The position numbers were made by a program, and so were the translations under genes. Shown here in pieces: positions 1-13,200 of a stretch of DNA of 64,000 bases. How positions within the stretch are numbered: position 1 is the stretch's first letter; every line of letters starts with the position of its first letter. Below the pieces are notes generated by a model. It was not told the origin of the DNA, made no database searches, and saw only the letters and a program-made list of their open reading frames with translations. Origin of the DNA: the human T2T-CHM13v2.0 reference genome, Homo sapiens; the NCBI RefSeq assembly GCF_009914755.1, contig NC_060939.1; one strand, 5' to 3'.

Positions 1-149
1 CATTCGAGTCTATTCTCTTCCGTTCCATTCGATTTCGTTCCAATCCATTCGATTCCATTCCATTCGATTCCATTCCATACTATTGCATTCCATTCGATTA
101 CATTATATTCGAATAAGTTCCATTCAAGACCATTTCTTTTGAGTCCATT

Positions 150-1952
150 CTATTTGAGTCCATTCCCTTTGATTCCATAACATTTGAGTCCATTCAATTC
201 CATTCCTTTCGTTTCCATTCCATTTGATGCCATTCCATTCAATTCTGTTCTACTCGACTCCAATACATTCAATTCCATTCCATCCGATTCCATTACATTC
301 TTTTCATTTCTTATCCATTTCAAGCCATTCCACTCCATTCCATTCCACTCGTTTCCTTTCCATTCGAGTCCATTCCTCTCCAGTCCATTCCGTTCAATCC
401 ATTCCATTCCAGTCCATTCCATTCGAGTCCGTTCCATTCCAGTCCATTCCATTCGAGTCAATTCCATTCCATTCGATGTCTTTCCATAACGATCCATTCC
501 ATTCTATTCCTTTCGATTCCATTCCATTCTATTTCATTCCATTCGATTCCCTTCCATTGGACTCCTTTCCATTCGAGTGCATTCCATTCCGTTCCATTTC
601 TTTCCGTTCTGTACGATTCCTACCGTTCGATTTCATTTTGTTCCAGTCCATTCTTTCGCGTCCATTCCATTCCATTTCACTCCATTCGATTCCATTCCAC
701 TCGATTCCACTTCGTTCCATTTCATTGCATTCCATTCTATTCAACTCTATTGCCTTCCATTCCATTCCATTCGATTACATTCCATGCGATTCCATTCGAA
801 ATCGAATCAATTACATTGCAATCCATTACTATTGAGTCCGTTTTATTCCAGTCCACTGCATTCTGGTCCATTCCATTTGATTCCATTCCATTCTATTCCA
901 TTCCATACAGTTGCATTCCATTGGATTCCATGCTATATCTATAAATTCAATTCGAGACCATTGCTTTTGAGTCCATTCTATATGATTCCATTCCATTCAA
1001 GTCCATTACATTTGGTTAAATTCCATTCCATTCGGTTCAATTCCATTCCATTCCATTCCCTTCCATTCCATTCCAGTTGATATCAATCCATTCGATTCCA
1101 TTCCATTCGAGCACATTCCATTCGAGTCCATTCCATTCGATGCCATTCCATTTGATTCTATTCCATTAGTCTCCATTCAATTCCATTAATCTCCATTCCA
1201 TTCCATTCTACTCCAACTGATTCCATTCCATTCTATTCCTTTCCATTCCATTTCATTCCATTCCATTCCATTCCATTCCATTCCATTCGTGTCCATTCCA
1301 CTCCAGTCCATTCCATTCGTATCCATTCCATTCCAGTCCATTCCATTTGTGTCCACTGCATTCCATTCCACTCCATTCCATATTATTCCATTACACTCCA
1401 TTCCATTCTATTACTTTCATTTCCATTCAATTCCATTCCATTTGATTCCATTCCACTCGGTTTCATTCCATTTGAGTCCACTCCATTCCATTCCATTCCA
1501 TTCAGTTCCATTCCATTCTGTTCCATTCCATTCCGTTCCATTACATTCCATTCCATTCGGTACCATTCCATATTGTTCCATTCGATTCCATTCGAATCCA
1601 TTCCATTCCAGTCCATTCCATTCGATTCCATTCCATTCATTTCAATTCCATTCCATTCCATTCCATTACATTCCACTTGATTCCTCTCCATTCCCTTCCA
1701 CTGCATTCCATTCGATTCCATTCCATTGCATTGCATTCCATTCCATTGGATTGCATTCCATTCGATTCCATTCCATTCGAATCAATTACATAGCAATCCA
1801 TTACATTCGAGTCTATTCTCTTCCATTCCATTCGATTTCGTTCCAATCCATTCGATTCCATTCCATTCGATTCCATTCCATACTATTGCATTCCATTCGA
1901 TTACATTATATTCGAATAAGTTCCATTCAAGACCATTTCTTTTGAGTCCATT
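150..1952 (+). repeat. Representative 1803-bp unit, subtype A (CATTCTTTCGCG; 20-bp insert GGTTAAATTCCATTCCATTC)
   Basis: Has TTCTTTCGCG at 651-660, TTTGGTTAAATTCCATTCCATTCGGTTCAA at 1011-1040 and KpnI at 1559-1564. Confidence 0.9.
1559..1564. other. KpnI site (GGTACC), diagnostic once-per-unit landmark
   Basis: TTCGGTACCATTCC recurs at the equivalent position of each unit. It is mutated to GATACC at 8697-8702. Confidence 0.9.
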
Positions 1953-4900
1953 CTATTTGAGTCCATTCCCTTTGATTCCATAACATTTGAGTCCATTCAA
2001 TTCCATTCCTTTCGTTTCCATTCCATTTGATGCCATTCCATTCAATTCTGTTCTACTCGACTCCAATACATTCAATTCCATTCCATCCGATTCCATTACA
2101 TTCTTTTCATTTCTTATCCATTTCAAGCCATTCCACTCCATTCCATTCCACTCGTTTCCTTTCCATTCGAGTCCATTCCTCTCCAGTCCATTCCGTTCAA
2201 TCCATTCCATTCCAGTCCATTCCATTCGAGTCCGTTCCATTCCAGTCCATTCCATTCGAGTCAATTCCATTCCATTCGATGTCTTTCCATAACGATCCAT
2301 TGCATTCTATTCCTTTCGATTCCATTCCATTCTATTTCATTCCATTCGATTCCCTTCCATTGGACTCCTTTCCATTCGAGTGCATTCCATTCCGTTCCAT
2401 TTCTTTCCGTTCTGTACGATTCCTACCGTTCGATTTCATTTTGTTCCAGTCCATTCTTTCGCGTCCATTCATTCCATTTCACTCCATTCGATTCCATTCC
2501 ACTCGATTCCACTTCGTTCTATTTCATTGCATTCCATTCTATTCAACTCTATTGCCTTCCATTCCATTCCATTCGATTACATTCCATGCGATTCCATTCG
2601 AAATCGAATCAATTACATTGCAATCCATTACTATTGAGTCCGATTTATTCCAGTCCACTGCATTCTGGTCCATTCCATTTGATTCCATTCCATTCTATTC
2701 CATTCCATACAGTTGCATTCCATTGGATTCCATGCTATATCTATAAATTCAATTCGAGACCATTGCTTTTGAGTCCATTCTATATGATTCCATTCCATTC
2801 AAGTCCATTACATTTGGTTCAATTCCATTCCATTCCATTCCCTTCCATTCCATTCCATTTGATATCAATCCATTCGATTCCATTCCATTCGAGCACATTC
2901 CATTCGAGTCCATTCCATTCGATGCCATTCCATTTGATTCTATTCCATTAGTCTCCATTCAATTCCATTAATCTCCATTCCATTCCATTCTACTCCAACT
3001 GATTCCATTCCATTCTATTCCTTTCCATTCCATTTCATTCCATTCCATTCCATTTCATTCCATTCCATTCCATTCGTGTCCATTCCACTCCAGTCCATTC
3101 CATTCGTGTCCATTCCATTCCAGTCCATTCCATTTGTGTCCACTGCATTCCATTCCACTCCATTCCATATTATTCCATTACACTCCATTCCATTCTACTA
3201 CTTTCATTTCCATTCAATTCCATTCCATTTGATTCCATTCCACTCGGTTTCATTCCATTTGAGTCCACTCCATTCCATTCCATTAAATTCCATTCAGTTC
3301 CATTCCATTCCGTTCCATTACATTCCATTCCATTCGGTACCATTCCATATTGTTCCATTCGATTCCATTCGAATCCATTCCATTCCAGTCCATTCCATTC
3401 GATTCCATTCCATTCATTTCAATTCCATTCCATTCCATTCCATTACATTCCACTTGATTCCTCTCCATTCCCTTCCACTGCATTCCGTTCGATTCCATTC
3501 CATTGCATTGCATTCCATTCCATTGGATTGCATTCCATTCGATTCCATTCCATTCGAATCAATTACATAGCAATCCATTACATTCGAGTCTATTCTCTTC
3601 CATTCCATTCGATTTCGTTCCAATCCATTCGATTCCATTCCATTCGATTCCATTCCATACTATTGCATTCCATTCGATTACATTATATTCGAATAAGTTC
3701 CATTCAAGACCATTTCTTTTGAGTCCATTCTATTTGAGTCCATTCCCTTTGATTTCATAACATTTGAGTCCATTCAATTCCATTCCTTTCGTTTCCATTC
3801 CATTTGATGCCATTCCATTCAATTCTGTTCTACTCGACTCCAATACATTCAATTCCATTCCATCCGATTCCATTACATTCTTTTCATTTCTTATCCATTT
3901 CAAGCCATTCCACTCCATTCCATTCCACTCGTTTCCTTTCCATTCGAGTCCATTCCTCTCCAGTCCATTCCGTTCAATCCATTCCATTCCAGTCCATTCC
4001 ATTCGAGTCCGTTCCATTCCAGTCCATTCCATTCGAGTCAATTCCATTCCATTCGATGTCTTTCCATAACGATCCATTCCATTCTATTCCTTTCGATTCC
4101 ATTCCATTCTATTTCATTCCATTCGATTCCCTTCCATTGGACTCCTTTCCATTCGAGTGCATTCCATTCCGTTCCATTTCTTTCCGTTCTGTACGATTCC
4201 TACCGTTCGATTTCATTTTGTTCCAGTCCATTCCTTTCGCGTCCATTCCATTCCATTTCACTCCATTCGATTCCATTCCACTCGATTCCACTTCGTTCCA
4301 TTTCATTGCATTCCATTCTATTCAACTCTATTGCCTTCCATTCCATTCCATTCGATTACATTCCATGCGATTCCATTCGAAATCGAATCAATTACATTGC
4401 AAACCATTATTATTGAGTCCGATTTATTCCAGTCCACTGCATTCTGGTCCATTCCATTTGATTCCATTCCATTCTATTCCATTCCATACAGTTGCATTCC
4501 ATTGGATTCCATGCTATATCTATAAATTCAATTCGAGACCATTGCTTTTGAGTCCATTCTATATGATTCCATTCCATTCAAGTCCATTACATTTGGTTCA
4601 ATTCCATTCCATTCCATTCCCTTTCATTCCATTCCATTTGATATCAATCCATTCGATTCCATTCCATTCGAGCACATTCCATTCGATGCCATTCCATTTG
4701 ATTCTATTCCATTAGTCTCCATTCAATTCCATTAATCTCCATTCCATTCCATTCTACTCCAACTGATTCCATTCCATTCTATTCCTTTCCATTCCATTTC
4801 ATTCCATTCCATTCCATTTCATTCCATTCCATTCCATTCGTGTCCATTCCACTCCAGTCCATTCCATTCGTGTCCATTCCATTCCAGTCCATTCCATTTG

Positions 4901-5508
4901 TGTCCACTGCATTCCATTCCACTCCATTCCATATTATTCCATTACACTCCATTCCATTCTATTACTTTCATTTCCATTCAATTCCATTCCATTTGATTCC
5001 ATTCCACTCGGTTTCATTCCATTTGAGTCCACTCCATTCCATTCCATTCCATTCCATTCAGTTCCATTCCATTCTGTTCCATTCCATTCCGTTCCATTAC
5101 ATTCCATTCCATTCGGTACCATTCCATATTGTTCCATTCGATTCCATTCGAATCCATTCCATTCCAGTCCATTCCATTCAATTCCATTCCATTCATTTCA
5201 ATTCCATTCCATTCCATTCCTTTACATTCCACTTGATTCCTCTCCATTCCCTTCCACTGCATTCCGTTCGATTCCATTCCATTGCATTGCATTCCATTCC
5301 ATTGGATTGCATTCCATTCGATTCCATTCCATTCGAATCAATTACATAGCAATCCATTACATTCGAGTCTATTCTATTCCGTTCCATTCGATTTCGTTCC
5401 AATCCATTCGATTCCATTCCATTCGATTCCATTCCATACTATTACATTCCATTCGATTACATTATATTCGAATAAGTTCCACTCAAGACCATTGCTTTTG
5501 AGTCCATT

Positions 5509-7292
5509 CTATTTGAGTCCATTCCCTTTGATTCCATAACATTTGAGTCCATTCAATTCCATTCCTTTCGTTTCCATTCCATTTGATGCCATTCCATTCA
5601 ATTCTGTTCTACTCGACTCCAATACATTCAATTCCATTCCATCCGATTCCATTACATTCTTTTCATTTCTTATCCATTTCAAGCCATTCCACTCCATTCC
5701 ATTCCACTCGTTTCCTTTCCATTCGAGTCCATTCCTCTCCAGTCCATTCCGTTCAATCCATTCCATTCCAGTCCATTCCATTCGAGTCCGTTCCATTCCA
5801 GTCCATTCCATTCGAGTCAATTCCATCCCATTCGATGTCTTTCCATAACGATCCATTCCATTCTATTCCTTTCGATTCCATTCCATTCTATTTCATTCCA
5901 TTCGATTCCCTTCCATTGGACTCCTTTCCATTCGAGTGCATTCCATTCCGTTCCATTTCTTTCCGTTCTGTACGATTCCTACCGTTCGATTTCATTTTGT
6001 TCCAGTCCATTCCTTTCGCGTCCATTCCATTCCATTTCACTCCATTCGATTCCATTCCACTCGATTCCACTTCGTTCCATTTCATTGCATTCCATTCTAT
6101 TCAACTCTATTGCCTTCCATTCCATTCCATTCGATTACATTCCATGCGATTCCATTCGAAATCGAATCAATTACATTGCAATCCATTACTATTGAGTCCA
6201 TTTTATTGCAGACCACTGCATTCTGGTCCATTCCATTTGATTCCATTCCATTCTATTCCATTCCATAAAGTTGCATTCCATTGGATTCCAATCTATATCT
6301 ATAAATTCAATTCGAGACCATTGCTTTTGAGTCCATTCTATATGATTCCATTCCATTCAAGTCCATTACATTTGGTTCAATTCCATTCCATTCCATTCCC
6401 TTCCATTCCATTCCAGTTGATATCAATCCATTCGATTCCATTCCATTCGAGCACATTCCATTCGAGTCCATTCCATTCGATGCCATTCCATTTGATTCTA
6501 TTCCATTAGTCTCCATTCAATTCCATTAATCTCCATTCCATTCCATTCTACTCCAACTGATTCCATTCCATTCTATTCCTTTTTATTCCATTTCATTCCA
6601 TTCCATTCCATTCCATTCCATTCCATTCGTGTCCATTCCACTCCAGTCCATTCCATTCGTATCCATTCCATTCCAGTCCATTCCATTTGTGTCCACTGCA
6701 TTCCATTCCACTCCATTCCATATTATTCCATTACACTCCATTCCATTCTATTACTTTCATTTCCATTCAATTCCATTCCATTTGATTCCATTCCACTCGG
6801 TTTCATTCCATTTGAGTCCACTCCATTCCATTCCATTCCATTCAGTTCCATTCCATTCTGTTCCATTCCATTCCGTTCCATTACATTCCATTCCATTCGG
6901 TACCATTCCATATTGTTCCATTCGATTCCATTCGAATCCATTCCATTCCAGTCCATTCCATTCGATTCCATTCCATTCATTTCAATTCCATTCCATTCCA
7001 TTCCATTCCATTCCACTTGATTCCTCTCCATTCCCTTCCACTGCATTCCGTTCGATTCCATTCCATTGCATTGCATTCCATTCCATTGGATTGCATTCCA
7101 TTCGATTCCATTCCATTCGAATCAATTACATAGCAATCCATTACATTCGAGTCTATTCTCTTCCGTTCCATTCGATTTCGTTCCAATCCATTCGATTCCA
7201 TTCCTTTCGATTCCATTCCATACTATTGCATTCCATTCGATTACATTATATTCGAATAAGTTCCATTCAAGACCATTTCTTTTGAGTCCATT
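5509..7292 (+). repeat. Representative 1784-bp unit, subtype B (CATTCCTTTCGCG; no 20-bp insert)
   Basis: Has TCCTTTCGCG at 6011-6020, TTTGGTTCAATTCC at 6371-6384 without the insert, and KpnI at 6899-6904. Confidence 0.9.
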
Positions 7293-10200
7293 CTATTTGA
7301 GTCCATTCCCTTTGATTCCATAACATTTGAGTCCATTCAATTCCATTCCTTTCGTTTCCATTCCATTTGATGCCATTCCATTCAATTCTGTTCTACTCGA
7401 CTCCAATACATTCAATTCCATTCCATCCGATTCCATTACATTCTTTTCATTTCTTATCCATTTCAAGCCATTCCACTCCATTCCATTCCACTCGTTTCCT
7501 TTCCATTCGAGTCCATTCCTCTCCAGTCCATTCCGTTCAATCCATTCCATTCCAGTCCATTCCATTCGAGTCCGTTCCATTCCAGTCCATTCCATTCGAG
7601 TCAATTCCATTCCATTCGATGTCTTTCCATAACGATCCATTCCATTCTATTCCTTTCGATTCCATTCCATTCTATTTCATTCCATTCGATTCCCTTCCAT
7701 TGGACTCCTTTCCATTCGAGTGCATTCCATTCCGTTCCATTTCTTTCCGTTCTGTACGATTCCTACCGTTCGATTTCATTTTGTTCCAGTCCATTCTTTC
7801 GCGTCCATTCCATTCCATTTCACTCCATTCGATTCCATTCCACTCGATTCCACTTCGTTCCATTTCATTGCATTCCATTCTATTCAACTCTATTGCCTTC
7901 CATTCCATTCCATTCGATTACATTCCATGCGATTCCATTCGAAATCGAATCAATTACATTGCAATCCATTACTATTGAGTCCGTTTTATTCCAGTCCACT
8001 GCATTCTGGTCCATTCCATTTGATTCCATTCCATTCTATTCCATTCCATACAGTTGCATTCCATTGGATTCCATGCTATATCTATAAATTCAATTCGAGA
8101 CCATTGCTTTTGAGTCCATTCTATATGATTCCATTCCATTCAAGTCCATTACATTTGGTTAAATTCCATTCCATTCGGTTCAATTCCATTCCATTCCATT
8201 CCCTTCCATTCCATTCCAGTTGATATCAATCCATTCGATTCCATTCCATTCGAGCACATTCCATTCGAGTCCATTCCATTCGATGCCATTCCATTTGATT
8301 CTATTCCATTAGTCTCCATTCAATTCCATTAATCTCCATTCCATTCCATTCTACTCCAACTGATTCCATTCCATTCTATTCCTTTCCATTCCATTTCATT
8401 CCATTCCATTCCATTTCATTCCATTCCATTCCATTCGTGTCCATTCCACTCCAGTCCATTCCATTCGTGTCCATTCCATTCCAGTCCATTCCATTTGTGT
8501 CCACTGCATTCCATTCCACTCCATTCCATATTATTCCATTACACTCCATTCCATTCTATTACTTTCATTTCCATTCAATTCCATTCCATTTGATTCCATT
8601 CCACTCGGTTTCATTACATTTGAGTCCACTCCATTCCATTCCATTAAATTCCATTCAGTTCCATTCCATTCCGTTCCATTACATTCCATTCCATTCGATA
8701 CCATTCCATATTGTTCCATTCGATTCCATTCGAATCCATTCCATTCCAGTCCATTCCATTCGATTCCATTCCATTCATTTCAATTCCATTCCATTCCATT
8801 CCATTCCATTCCACTTGATTCCTCTCCATTCCCTTCCACTGCATTCCGTTCGATTCCATTCCATTGCATTGCATTCCATTCCATTGGATTGCATTCCATT
8901 CGATTCCATTCCATTCGAATCAATTACATAGCAATCCATTACATTCGAGTCTATTCTATTCCGTTCCATTCGATTTCGTTCCAATCCATTGGATTCCATT
9001 CCATTCGATTCCATTCCATACTATTGCATTCCATTCGATTACATTATATTCGAATAAGTTCCATTCAAGACCATTTCTTTTGAGTCCATTCTATTTGAGT
9101 CCATTCCCTTTGATTCCATAATATTTGAGTCCATTCAATTCCATTCCTTTCGTTTCCATTCCATTTGATGCCATTCCATTCAATTCTGTTCTACTCGACT
9201 CCAATACATTCAATTCCATTCCATCCGATTCCATTACATTCTTTTCATTTCTTATCCATTTCAAGCCATTCCACTCCATTCCATTCCACTCGTTTCCTTT
9301 CCATTCGAGTCCATTCCTCTCCAGTCCATTCCGTTCAATCCATTCCATTCCAGTCCATTCCATTCGAGTCCGTTCCATTCCAGTCCATTCCATTCGAGTC
9401 AATTCCATCCCATTCGATGTCTTTCCATAACGATCCATTCCATTCTATTCCTTTCGATTCCATTCCATTCTATTTCATTCCATTCGATTCCCTTCCATTG
9501 GACTCCTTTCCATTCGAGTGCATTCCATTCCGTTCCATTTCTTTCCGTTCTGTACGATTCCTACCGTTCGATTTCATTTTGTTCCAGTCCATTCCTTTCG
9601 CGTCCATTCCATTCCATTTCACTCCATTCGATTCCATTCCACTCGATTCCACTTCGCTCCATTTCATTGCATTCCATTCTATTCAACTCTATTGCCTTCC
9701 ATTCCATTCCATTCGATTACATTCCATGCGATTCCATTCGAAATCGAATCAATTACATTGCAATCCATTACTATTGAGTCCGTTTTATTCCAGTCCACTG
9801 CATTCTGGTCCATTCCATTTGATTCCATTCCATTCTATTCCATTCCATACAGTTGCATTCCATTGGATTCCATTGTATATCTATAAATTCAATTCGAGAC
9901 CATTGCTTTTGAGTCCATTCTATATGATTCCATTCCATTCAAGTCCATTACATTTGGTTCAATTCCATTCCATTCCATTCCCTTCCATTCCATTCCAGTT
10001 GATATCAATCCATTCGATTCCATTCCATTCGAGCACATTCCATTCGAGTCCATTCCATTCGATACCATTCCATTTGATTCTATTCCATTAGTCTCCATTC
10101 AATTCCATTAATCTCCATTCCATTCCATTCTACTCCAACTGATTCCATTCCATTCTATTCCTTTCCATTCCATTTCATTCCATTCCATTCCATTCCATTC

Positions 10201-13200
10201 CATTCGCTTCCATTCCATTCATGTCCATTGCATTCCAGTCCATTCCATTTGTGTCCACTGCATTCCATTCCACTCCATTCCATATTATTCCATTACACTC
10301 CATTCCATTCTATTACTTTCATTTCCATTGAATTCCATTCCATTTGATTCCATTCCACTCGGTTTCATTCCATTTGAGTCCACTCCACTCCATTCCATTC
10401 CATTCCATTCCATTCAGTTCCATTCCATTCTGTTCCATTCCATTCCGTTCCATTGCATTCCATTCCATTCGGTACCATTCCATATTGTTCCATTCGATTC
10501 CATTCGAATCCATTCCATTCCAGTCCATTCCATTCGATTCCATTCCATTCCTTTCAATTCTATTCCATTCCATTCCATTCCACTTGATTCCACTCCATTC
10601 CCTTCCACTGCATTCCATTGCATTGCATTCCATTCCATTGGACTGCATTCCATTCGATTCCATTCCATTCGAATCAATTACATAGCAATCCATTACATTC
10701 GAGTCTATTCTATTCCGTTCCATTCGATTTCGTTCCAATCCATTCGATTCCATTCCATTCGATTCCATTCCATACTATTGCATTCCATTCGATTACATTA
10801 TATTCAAATAAGTTCCATTCAAGACCATTTCTTTTGAGTCCATTCTATTTGAGTCCATTCCCTTTGATTCCATAACATTTGAGTCCATTCAATTCCATTC
10901 CTTTCGTTTCCATTCCATTTGATGCCATTCCATTCAATTCTGTTCTACTCGACTCCAATACATTCAATTCCATTCCATCCGATTCCATTACATTCTTTTC
11001 ATTTCTTATCCATTTCAAGCCATTCCACTCCATTCCATTCCACTCGTTTCCTTTCCATTCGAGTCCATTCCTCTCCAGTCCATTCCGTTCAATCCATTCC
11101 ATTCCAGTCCATTCCATTCGAGTCCGTTCCATTCCAGTCCATTCCATTCGAGTCAATTCCATCCCATTCGATGTCTTTCCATAACGATCCATTCCATTCT
11201 ATTCCTTTCGATTCCATTCCATTCTATTTCATTCCATTCGATTCCCTTCCATTGGACTCCTTTCCATTCGAGTGCATTCCATTCCGTTCCATTTCTTTCC
11301 GTTCTGTACGATTCCTACCGTTCGATTTCATTTTGTTCCAGTCCATTCTTTCGCGTCCATTCCATTCCATTTCACTCCATTCGATTCCATTCCACTCGAT
11401 TCCACTTCGTTCCATTTCATTGCATTCCATTCTATTCAACTCTATTGCCTTCCATTCCATTCCATTCGATTACATTCCATGCGATTCCATTCGAAATCGA
11501 ATCAATTACATTGCAATCCATTACTATTGAGTCCGTTTTATTCCAGTCCACTGCATTCTGGTCCATTCCATTTGATTCCATTCCATTCTATTCCATTCCA
11601 TACAGTTGCATTCCATTGGATTCCATGCTATATCTATAAATTCAATTCGAGACCATTGCTTTTGAGTCCATTCTATATGATTCCATTCCATTCAAGTCCA
11701 TTACATTTGGTTAAATTCCATTCCATTCGGTTCAATTCCATTCCATTCCATTCCCTTCCATTCCATTCCAGTTGATATCAATCCATTCGATTCCATTCCA
11801 TTCGAGCACATTCCATTCGAGTCCATTCCATTCGATGCCATTCCATTTGATTCTATTCCATTAGTCTCCATTCAATTCCATTAATCTCCATTCCATTCCA
11901 TTCTACTCCAACTGATTCCATTCCATTCTATTCCTTTCCATTCCATTTCATTCCATTCCATTCCATTCCATTCCATTCCATTCCATTCGTGTCCATTCCA
12001 CTCCAGTCCATTCCATTCGTATCCATTCCATTCCAGTCCATTCCATTTGTGTCCACTGCATTCCATTCCACTCCATTCCATATTATTCCATTACACTCCA
12101 TTCCATTCTATTACTTTCATTTCCATTCAATTCCATTCCATTTGATTCCATTCCACTCGGTTTCATTCCATTTGAGTCCACTCCATTCCATTCCATTCCA
12201 TTCAGTTCCATTCCATTCTGTTCCATTCCATTCCGTTCCATTACATTCCATTCCATTCGGTACCATTCCATATTGTTCCATTCGATTCCATTCGAATCCA
12301 TTCCATTCCAGTCCATTCCATTCGATTCCATTCCATTCATTTCAATTCCATTCCATTCCATTCCATTACATTCCACTTGATTCCTCTCCATTCCCTTCCA
12401 CTGCATTCCGTTCGATTCCATTCCATTGCATTGCATTCCATTCCATTGGATTGCATTCCATTCGATTCCATTCCATTCGAATCAATTACATAGCAATCCA
12501 TTACATTCGAGTCTATTCTATTCCGTTCCATTCGATTTCGTTCCAATCCATTCGATTCCATTCCATTCGATTCCATTCCATACTATTGCATTCCATTCGA
12601 TTACATTATATTCGAATAAGTTCCATTCAAGACCATTTCTTTTGAGTCCATTCTATTTGAGTCCATTCCCTTTGATTCCATAACATTTGAGTCCATTCAA
12701 TTCCATTCCTTTCGTTTCCATTCCATTTGATGCCATTCCATTCAATTCTGTTCTACTCGACTCCAATACATTCAATTCCATTCCATCCGATTCCATTACA
12801 TTCTTTTCATTTCTTATCCATTTCAAGCCATTCCACTCCATTCCATTCCACTCGTTTCCTTTCCATTCGAGTCCATTCCTCTCCAGTCCATTCCGTTCAA
12901 TCCATTCCATTCCAGTCCATTCCATTCGAGTCCGTTCCATTCCAGTCCATTCCATTCGAGTCAATTCCATTCCATTCGATGTCTTTCCATAACGATCCAT
13001 TCCATTCTATTCCTTTCGATTCCATTCCATTCTATTTCATTCCATTCGATTCCCTTCCATTGGACTCCTTTCCATTCGAGTGCATTCCATTCCGTTCCAT
13101 TTCTTTCCGTTCTGTACGATTCCTACCGTTCGATTTCATTTTGTTCCAGTCCATTCTTTCGCGTCCATTCCATTCCATTTCACTCCATTCGATTCCATTC

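Noticed and set aside
795-810. Canonical heat-shock element around TTCGAAATCGAA
   Set aside because: The spacing does not give three alternating nGAAn/nTTCn units, so an HSE cannot be called from sequence.
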